Shown: positions 1-9,125 of the stretch, in pieces
Position numbering within the stretch: position 1 is the first letter of the stretch
Layout: every line of letters begins with the position of its first letter
Origin: Auanema rhodensis
Taxonomy: Eukaryota > Animalia > Nematoda
DNA length: 64,000 nt
Reading direction: 5' to 3'
Assembly (NCBI GenBank): GCA_964057225.1
Contig: OZ059895.1
Span: 3,596,001-3,660,000, forward strand
The notes under the pieces: model-generated
What the model was told of the DNA's origin: nothing
The model's input: only the letters and a program-made list of their open reading frames with translations
The model's database searches: none
Position numbers and translations under genes: made by a program

Positions 1-60
1 GCAGCACAGGTTACTCTTAAATAATGAACTGACCGACTAATCAGACACGGATCTTTCCTA

Positions 61-127
61 GTTCTGTTGCTTGAATGGATGTTTTCCTACGTAGGCTAGT
101 AAAACATGCCCTTCAAAGCATCAGAAC
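61..127. other. 67-nt imperfect inverted repeat (hairpin/cruciform potential), present in every monomer at monomer positions 61-127
   Basis: The left arm gttctgttgctt-gaatgg-atgttttccta aligns with the reverse complement of the right arm gttctgatgctttgaagggcatgttttacta: 26 pairs, 3 mismatches, 2 single-base bulges, loop cgtaggc. Confidence 0.9.
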
Positions 128-139
128 ATGTGATCACAT
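86..139. other. Perfect palindromes cctacgtagg (86-95) and atgtgatcacat (128-139) in the consensus monomer
   Basis: Both are self reverse-complementary. The second is broken in gtgaCc, gtTatc and gatcaG variant copies. Confidence 0.9.
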
Positions 140-294
140 TCCAATTTTTTTGTATCTATTTTGTAAAGATAGTAATATATCATATGTTGAACACTATGTT
201 GGAAAGATTTTAATTCAGATTTTCTAACTTTTATTCAGTTTGTTTTTTAAACTTTGATTAAGAACTTTGATTTTTGTACACCCATAAATTATAC

Positions 295-503
295 GCAGCA
301 CAGGTTACCCTTAAATAATGAACTGACCGACTAATCAGACATGGATCTTTCCTAGTTCTGTTGCTTGAATGGATGTTTTCCTACGTAGGCTAGTAAAACA
401 TGCCCTTCAAAACATCAGAACATGTGATCACATTCCAATTTTTTTGTATCTGTTTTGTAAAGATAGTAATAAACTTTGATTTTTGTACACCCATAAATTA
501 TAC
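295..503 (+). repeat. Representative 209-bp short monomer (lacks monomer positions 178-262, 85 bp)
   Basis: The junction reads gatagtaata|aactttgattttt, whereas long copies have tatcatatg...ttgattaag between these. Starts at 295 and 504. Confidence 0.97.
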
Positions 504-658
504 GCAGCACAGGTTACCCTTAAATAATGAACTGACCGACTAATCAGACATGGATCTTTCCTAGTTCTGTTGCTTGAATGGATGTTTTCCTACGTAGGCT
601 AGTAAAACATGCCCTTCAAAGCATCAGAACATGTGATCACATTCCAATTTTTCTGTAT

Positions 659-675
659 CTATCTTGTAAAGATAG
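659..675. other. Short stem-loop ctatctt-gta-aagatag (monomer positions 156-172), present in each monomer
   Basis: ctatctt is the exact reverse complement of aagatag, with a 3-nt loop. Confidence 0.85.
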
Positions 676-2136
676 TAATAAACTTTGATTTTTGTACACC
701 CATAAATTATACGCAGCACAGGTTACCCTTAAATAATGAACTGACCGACTAATCAGACATGGATCTTTCCAAGTTCTGTTGCTTGAACGGATGTTTTCCT
801 ACGTAGGCTAGTAAAACATGCCCTTCAAAGCATCAGAACATGTGATCACATTCCAATTTTTTTGTATCTATTTTGTAAAGATAGTAATATATCATATGTT
901 GAACACTATGTTGGAAAGATTTTAATTCAGATTTTCTAACTTTTATTCAGTTTGTTTTTTAAACTTTGATTAAGAACTTTGATTTTTGTACACCCATAAA
1001 TTATACGCAGCACAGGTTACCCTTAAATAATGAACTGACCGACTAATCAGACATGGATCTTTCCTAGTTCTGTTGCTTGAATGGATGTTTTCCTACGTAG
1101 GCTAGTAAAACATGCCCTTCAAAACATCAGAACATGTGATCACATTCCAATTTTTTTGTATCTGTTTTGTAAAGATAGTAATAAACTTTGATTTTTGTAC
1201 ACCCATAAATTATACGCAGCACAGGTTACCCTTAAATAATGAACTGACCGACTAATCAGACATGGATCTTTCCTAGTTCTGTTGCTTGAATGGATGTTTT
1301 CCTACGTAGGCTAGTAAAACATGCCCTTCAAAGCATCAGAACATGTGATCACATTCCAATTTTTCTGTATCTATCTTGTAAAGATAGTAATAAACTTTGA
1401 TTTTTGTACACCCATAAATTATACGCAGCACAGGTTACCCTTAAATAATGAACTGACCGACTAATCAGACATGGATCTTTCCAAGTTCTGTTGCTTGAAC
1501 GGATGTTTTCCTACGTAGGCTAGTAAAACATGCCCTTCAAAGCATCAGAACATGTGATCACATTCCAATTTTTTTGTATCTATTTTGTAAAGATAGTAAT
1601 ATATCATATGTTGAACACTATGTTGGAAAGATTTTAATTCAGATTTTCTAACTTTTATTCAGTTTGTTTTTTAAACTTTGATTAAGAACTTTGATTTTTG
1701 TACACCCATAAATTATACGCAGCACAGGTTACCCTTAAATAATGAACTGACCGACTAATCAGACATGGATCTTTCCTAGTTCTGTTGCTTGAATGGATGT
1801 TTTCCTACGTAGGCTAGTAAAACATGCCCTTCAAAACATCAGAACATGTGATCACATTCCAATTTTTTTGTATCTGTTTTGTAAAGATAGTAATAAACTT
1901 TGATTTTTGTACACCCATAAATTATACGCAGCACAGGTTACCCTTAAATAATGAACTGACCGACTAATCAGACATGGATCTTTCCAAGTTCTGTTGCTTG
2001 AATGGATGTTTTCCTACGTAGGCTAGTAAAACATGCCCTTCAAAGCATCAGAACATGTGATCACATTCCAATTTTTTTGTATCTATCTTGTAAAGATAGT
2101 AATAAACTTTGATTTTTGTACACCCATAAATTATAC

Positions 2137-2431
2137 GCAGCACAGGTTACCCTTAAATAATGAACTGACCGACTAATCAGACATGGATCTTTCCAAGTTC
2201 TGTTGCTTGAACGGATGTTTTCCTACGTAGGCTAGTAAAACATGCCCTTCAAAGCATCAGAACATGTGACCACATTCCAATTTTTTTGTATCTATCTTGT
2301 AAAGATAGTAATATATCATATGTTGAACACTATGTTGGAAAGATTTTAATTCAGATTTTTTCAACTTTCACTCAGTTTGTTTTCTAAACTTTGATTAAGA
2401 ACCTTGTTGTTTGTACACCCATAAAATATAC
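2137..2431 (+). repeat. Representative 295-bp monomer, tail type B (ttcaactttcactcag...accttgttgtttg...aaaatatac); type C has accttgagttttg...aaattatac
   Basis: Starts at 2137 and 2432. The tail differs from type A at about 9 positions including a 1-bp indel. Confidence 0.95.
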
Positions 2432-5400
2432 GCAGCACAGGTTACCCTTAAATAATGAACTGACCGTCTAATCAGACATGGATCTTCCCAAGTTCTGTTG
2501 CTTGAATGGATGTTTTCCTACGTAGGCTAGTAAAACATGCCCTTCAAAGCATCAGAACATGTGATCACATTCCAATTTTTTTGTATCTATCTTGTAAAGA
2601 TAGTAATAAACTTTGATTTTTGTACACCCATAAATTATACGCAGCACAGGTTACTCTTAAATAATGAACTGACCGACTAATCAGACACGGATCTTTCCTA
2701 GTTCTGTTGCTTGAATGGATGTTTTCCTACGTAGGCTAGTAAAACATGCCCTTCAAAGCATCAGAACATGTGATCACATTCCAATTTTTTTGTATCTATT
2801 TTGTAAAGATAGTAATATATCATATGTTGAACACTATGTTGGAAAGATTTTAATTCAGATTTTCTAACTTTTATTCAGTTTGTTTTTTAAACTTTGATTA
2901 AGAACTTTGATTTTTGTACACCCATAAATTATACGCAGCACAGGTTACCCTTAAATAATGAACTGACCGACTAATCAGACATGGATCTTTCCTAGTTCTG
3001 TTGCTTGAATGGATGTTTTCCTACGTAGGCTAGTAAAACATGCCCTTCAAAACATCAGAACATGTGATCACATTCCAATTTTTTTGTATCTGTTTTGTAA
3101 AGATAGTAATAAACTTTGATTTTTGTACACCCATAAATTATACGCAGCACAGGTTACCCTTAAATAATGAACTGACCGACTAATCAGACATGGATCTTTC
3201 CTAGTTCTGTTGCTTGAATGGATGTTTTCCTACGTAGGCTAGTAAAACATGCCCTTCAAAGCATCAGAACATGTGATCACATTCCAATTTTTCTGTATCT
3301 ATCTTGTAAAGATAGTAATAAACTTTGATTTTTGTACACCCATAAATTATACGCAGCACAGGTTACCCTTAAATAATGAACTGACCGACTAATCAGACAT
3401 GGATCTTTCCAAGTTCTGTTGCTTGAACGGATGTTTTCCTACGTAGGCTAGTAAAACATGCCCTTCAAAGCATCAGAACATGTGATCACATTCCAATTTT
3501 TTTGTATCTATTTTGTAAAGATAGTAATATATCATATGTTGAACACTATGTTGGAAAGATTTTAATTCAGATTTTCTAACTTTTATTCAGTTTGTTTTTT
3601 AAACTTTGATTAAGAACTTTGATTTTTGTACACCCATAAATTATACGCAGCACAGGTTACCCTTAAATAATGAACTGACCGACTAATCAGACATGGATCT
3701 TTCCTAGTTCTGTTGCTTGAATGGATGTTTTCCTACGTAGGCTAGTAAAACATGCCCTTCAAAACATCAGAACATGTGATCACATTCCAATTTTTTTGTA
3801 TCTGTTTTGTAAAGATAGTAATAAACTTTGATTTTTGTACACCCATAAATTATACGCAGCACAGGTTACCCTTAAATAATGAACTGACCGACTAATCAGA
3901 CATGGATCTTTCCTAGTTCTGTTGCTTGAATGGATGTTTTCCTACGTAGGCTAGTAAAACATGCCCTTCAAAGCATCAGAACATGTGATCACATTCCAAT
4001 TTTTCTGTATCTATCTTGTAAAGATAGTAATAAACTTTGATTTTTGTACACCCATAAATTATACGCAGCACAGGTTACCCTTAAATAATGAACTGACCGA
4101 CTAATCAGACATGGATCTTTCCAAGTTCTGTTGCTTGAACGGATGTTTTCCTACGTAGGCTAGTAAAACATGCCCTTCAAAGCATCAGAACATGTGATCA
4201 CATTCCAATTTTTTTGTATCTATTTTGTAAAGATAGTAATATATCATATGTTGAACACTATGTTGGAAAGATTTTAATTCAGATTTTCTAACTTTTATTC
4301 AGTTTGTTTTTTAAACTTTGATTAAGAACTTTGATTTTTGTACACCCATAAATTATACGCAGCACAGGTTACCCTTAAATAATGAACTGACCGACTAATC
4401 AGACATGGATCTTTCCTAGTTCTGTTGCTTGAATGGATGTTTTCCTACGTAGGCTAGTAAAACATGCCCTTCAAAACATCAGAACATGTGATCACATTCC
4501 AATTTTTTTGTATCTGTTTTGTAAAGATAGTAATAAACTTTGATTTTTGTACACCCATAAATTATACGCAGCACAGGTTACCCTTAAATAATGAACTGAC
4601 CGACTAATCAGACATGGATCTTTCCAAGTTCTGTTGCTTGAATGGATGTTTTCCTACGTAGGCTAGTAAAACATGCCCTTCAAAGCATCAGAACATGTGA
4701 TCACATTCCAATTTTTTTGTATCTATCTTGTAAAGATAGTAATAAACTTTGATTTTTGTACACCCATAAATTATACGCAGCACAGGTTACCCTTAAATAA
4801 TGAACTGACCGACTAATCAGACATGGATCTTTCCAAGTTCTGTTGCTTGAACGGATGTTTTCCTACGTAGGCTAGTAAAACATGCCCTTCAAAGCATCAG
4901 AACATGTGACCACATTCCAATTTTTTTGTATCTATCTTGTAAAGATAGTAATATATCATATGTTGAACACTATGTTGGAAAGATTTTAATTCAGATTTTT
5001 TCAACTTTCACTCAGTTTGTTTTCTAAACTTTGATTAAGAACCTTGTTGTTTGTACACCCATAAAATATACGCAGCACAGGTTACCCTTAAATAATGAAC
5101 TGACCGTCTAATCAGACATGGATCTTCCCAAGTTCTGTTGCTTGAATGGATGTTTTCCTACGTAGGCTAGTAAAACATGCCCTTCAAAGCATCAGAACAT
5201 GTGATCACATTCCAATTTTTTTGTATCTATCTTGTAAAGATAGTAATAAACTTTGATTTTTGTACACCCATAAATTATACGCAGCACAGGTTACTCTTAA
5301 ATAATGAACTGACCGACTAATCAGACACGGATCTTTCCTAGTTCTGTTGCTTGAATGGATGTTTTCCTACGTAGGCTAGTAAAACATGCCCTTCAAAGCA

Positions 5401-7503
5401 TCAGAACATGTGATCACATTCCAATTTTTTTGTATCTATTTTGTAAAGATAGTAATATATCATATGTTGAACACTATGTTGGAAAGATTTTAATTCAGAT
5501 TTTCTAACTTTTATTCAGTTTGTTTTTTAAACTTTGATTAAGAACTTTGATTTTTGTACACCCATAAATTATACGCAGCACAGGTTACCCTTAAATAATG
5601 AACTGACCGACTAATCAGACATGGATCTTTCCTAGTTCTGTTGCTTGAATGGATGTTTTCCTACGTAGGCTAGTAAAACATGCCCTTCAAAACATCAGAA
5701 CATGTGATCACATTCCAATTTTTTTGTATCTGTTTTGTAAAGATAGTAATAAACTTTGATTTTTGTACACCCATAAATTATACGCAGCACAGGTTACCCT
5801 TAAATAATGAACTGACCGACTAATCAGACATGGATCTTTCCTAGTTCTGTTGCTTGAATGGATGTTTTCCTACGTAGGCTAGTAAAACATGCCCTTCAAA
5901 GCATCAGAACATGTGATCACATTCCAATTTTTCTGTATCTATCTTGTAAAGATAGTAATAAACTTTGATTTTTGTACACCCATAAATTATACGCAGCACA
6001 GGTTACCCTTAAATAATGAACTGACCGACTAATCAGACATGGATCTTTCCAAGTTCTGTTGCTTGAACGGATGTTTTCCTACGTAGGCTAGTAAAACATG
6101 CCCTTCAAAGCATCAGAACATGTGATCACATTCCAATTTTTTTGTATCTATTTTGTAAAGATAGTAATATATCATATGTTGAACACTATGTTGGAAAGAT
6201 TTTAATTCAGATTTTCTAACTTTTATTCAGTTTGTTTTTTAAACTTTGATTAAGAACTTTGATTTTTGTACACCCATAAATTATACGCAGCACAGGTTAC
6301 CCTTAAATAATGAACTGACCGACTAATCAGACATGGATCTTTCCTAGTTCTGTTGCTTGAATGGATGTTTTCCTACGTAGGCTAGTAAAACATGCCCTTC
6401 AAAACATCAGAACATGTGATCACATTCCAATTTTTTTGTATCTGTTTTGTAAAGATAGTAATAAACTTTGATTTTTGTACACCCATAAATTATACGCAGC
6501 ACAGGTTACCCTTAAATAATGAACTGACCGACTAATCAGACATGGATCTTTCCTAGTTCTGTTGCTTGAATGGATGTTTTCCTACGTAGGCTAGTAAAAC
6601 ATGCCCTTCAAAGCATCAGAACATGTGATCACATTCCAATTTTTCTGTATCTATCTTGTAAAGATAGTAATATATCATATGTTGAACACTATGTTGGAAA
6701 GATTTTAATTCAGATTTTCTCAACTTTCACTCAGTTTGTTTTCTAAACTTTGATTAAGAACCTTGAGTTTTGTACACCCATAAATTATACGCAGCACAGG
6801 TTACCCTTAAATAATGAACTGATCGACTAATCAGACATGGATCTTCCCAAGTTCTGTTGCTTGAATGGATGTTTTCCTACGTAGGCTAGTAAAACATGCC
6901 CTTCAAAGCATCAGAACATGTGATCACATTCCAATTTTTTTGTATCTATCTTGTAAAGATAGTAATAAACTTTGATTTTTGTACACCCATAAATTATACG
7001 CAGCACAGGTTACCCTTAAATAATGAACTGACCGACTAATCAGACATGGATCTTTCCAAGTTCTGTTGCTTGAACGGATGTTTTCCTACGTAGGCTAGTA
7101 AAACATGCCCTTCAAAGCATCAGAACATGTGACCACATTCCAATTTTTTTGTATCTATCTTGTAAAGATAGTAATATATCATATGTTGAACACTATGTTG
7201 GAAAGATTTTAATTCAGATTTTTTCAACTTTCACTCAGTTTGTTTTCTAAACTTTGATTTAGAACCTTGTTGTTTGTACACCCATAAAATATAGGCAGCA
7301 CAGGTTACCCTTAAATAATGAACTGACCGTCTAATCAGACATGGATCTTCCCAAGTTCTGTTGCTTGAATGGATGTTTTCCTACGTAGGCTAGTAAAACA
7401 TGCCCTTCAAAGCATCAGAACATGTGATCACATTCCAATTTTTTTGTATCTATCTTGTAAAGATAGTAATAAACTTTGATTTTTGTACACCCATAAATTA
7501 TAC

Positions 7504-7739
7504 GCAGCACAGGTTACCCTTAAATAATGAACTGACCGACTAATCAGACATGGATCTTTCCAAGTTCTGTTGCTTGAACGGATGTTTTCCTACGTAGGCT
7601 AGTAAAACATGCCCTTCAAAGCATCAGAACATGTGATCACATTCCAATTTTTTTGTATCTATCTTGTAAAGATAGTAATATATCATATGTTGAACACTAT
7701 GTTGGAAAGATTTTAATTCAGATTTTCGAACTTTTATAC
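7504..7739 (+). repeat. 236-bp monomer (58-bp deletion of monomer positions 235-292)
   Basis: The junction reads cgaacttttat|acgcagc. The deleted segment is flanked by ttat microhomology. Confidence 0.95.
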
Positions 7740-9125
7740 GCAGCACAGGTTACCCTTAATTAATGAACTGACCGACTAATCAGACATGGATCTTTCCAAG
7801 TTCTGTTGCTTGAATGGATGTTTTCCTACGTAGGCTAGTAAAACATGCCCTTCAAAGCATCAGAACATGTGATCACATTCCAATTTTTTTGTATCTATCT
7901 TGTAAAGATAGTAATATATCATATGTTGAACACTATGTTGGAAAGATTTTAATTCAGATTTTCTAACTTTTAATCAGTTTGTTTTTTAAACTTTGATTAA
8001 GAACTTTGATTTTTGTACACCCATAAATTATACGCAGCACAGGTTACCCTTAAATAATGAACTGACCGACTAATCAGACATGGTTCTTTCCTAGTTCTGT
8101 TGCTTGAATGGATGTTTTCCTACGTAGGCTAGTAAAACATGCCCTTCAAAGCATCAGAACATGTGATCACATTCCAATTTTTTCGTATCTATCTTGTAAA
8201 GATAGTAATAAACTTTGATTTTTGTACACCCATAAATTATACGCAGCACAGGTTACCCTTAAATAATGAACTGACCGACTAATCATACATGGATCTTTCC
8301 AAGTTCTGTTGCTTGAACGGATGTTTTCCTACGTAGGCTAGTAAAACATGCCCTTCAAAGCATCAGAACATGTGATCACATTCCAATTTTTTTGTATCTA
8401 TCTTGTAAAGATAGTAATATATCATATGTTGAACACTATGTTGGAAAGATTTTAATTCAGATTTTCGAACTTTTATTCAGTTTGTTTTTTAAACTTTGAT
8501 TAAGAACTTTGATTTTTGTACACCCATAAATTATACGCAGCACAGGTTACCCTTAATTAATGAACTGACCGACTAATCAGACATGGATCTTTCCAAGTTC
8601 TGTTGCTTGAACGGATGTTTTCCTACGTAGGCTAGTAAAACATGCCCTTCAAAGCATCAGAACATGTGACCACATTCCAATTTTTTTGTATCTATCTTGT
8701 AAAGATAGTAATATATCATATGTTGAACACTATGTTGGAAAGATTTTAATTCAGATTTTTTCAACTTTCACTCAGTTTGTTTTCTAAACTTTGATTAAGA
8801 ACCTTGTTGTTTGTACACCCATAAAATATACGCAGCACAGGTTACCCTTAAATAATGAACTGACCGACTAATCAGACATGGATCTTTCCTAGTTCTGTTG
8901 CTTGAACGGATGTTTTCCTACGTAGGCTAGTAAAACATGCCCTTCAAAGCATCAGAACATGTGATCACATTCCAATTTTTTTGTATCTATCTTGTAAAGA
9001 TAGTAATATATCATATGTTGAACACTATGTTGGAAAGATTTTAATTCAGATTTTCGAACTTTTATTCAGTTTGTTTTTTAAACTTTGATTAAGAACTTTG
9101 ATTTTTGTACACCCATAAATTATAC

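Larger units (their letters stand above)
1..294 (+). repeat. Representative full-length 294-bp monomer, tail type A (ctaacttttattcag...aactttgatttttg...aaattatac)
   Basis: Distance between successive gcagcacagg starts (1 and 295). Positions 1-180 are about 36% GC and the tail about 24% GC by hand count. Confidence 0.97.
1..6672 (+). repeat. 2640-bp higher-order repeat (11 monomers: 294-209-209-294-209-209-294-209-209-295-209), about 2.5 copies, with an internal 712-bp sub-repeat
   Basis: Lines 1-2640, 2641-5280 and 5281-6672 appear identical in register. The private marker ttacTctt occurs at 15, 2655 and 5295. The match ends at 6673. Confidence 0.95.

Noticed and set aside
29-50. Hammerhead ribozyme as in some animal satellites (ctgaccga on +; ctgatgc and ctgagtga on -)
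   Set aside because: There is no exact CUGANGA followed by stem II, GAAA and compatible stems I/III on either strand. An Infernal/Rfam search would settle it.
29-100. Helitron 3' end (hairpin plus CTAG-T at 58-62 or 96-100)
   Set aside because: The upstream stem is only 4 bp in one case and abuts the CTAG in the other, and the first CTAG is polymorphic (ccaa). The evidence is insufficient.
129-138. tgtga-tcaca resembling bacterial CRP half-sites
   Set aside because: It lacks the 6-bp spacer and the context is not a bacterial promoter.
128-151. Intrinsic terminator (palindrome followed by T7)
   Set aside because: The stem is AT-rich with no loop, the T-run is offset from it, and there is no upstream gene.
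1-294. Tandem 5S rRNA, tRNA, snRNA or snoRNA gene array, or a named satellite family
   Set aside because: I could not recognise conserved sequence, Pol III A/B/C boxes or a proper C/D box pair, and I cannot match the monomer to a known satellite from memory.
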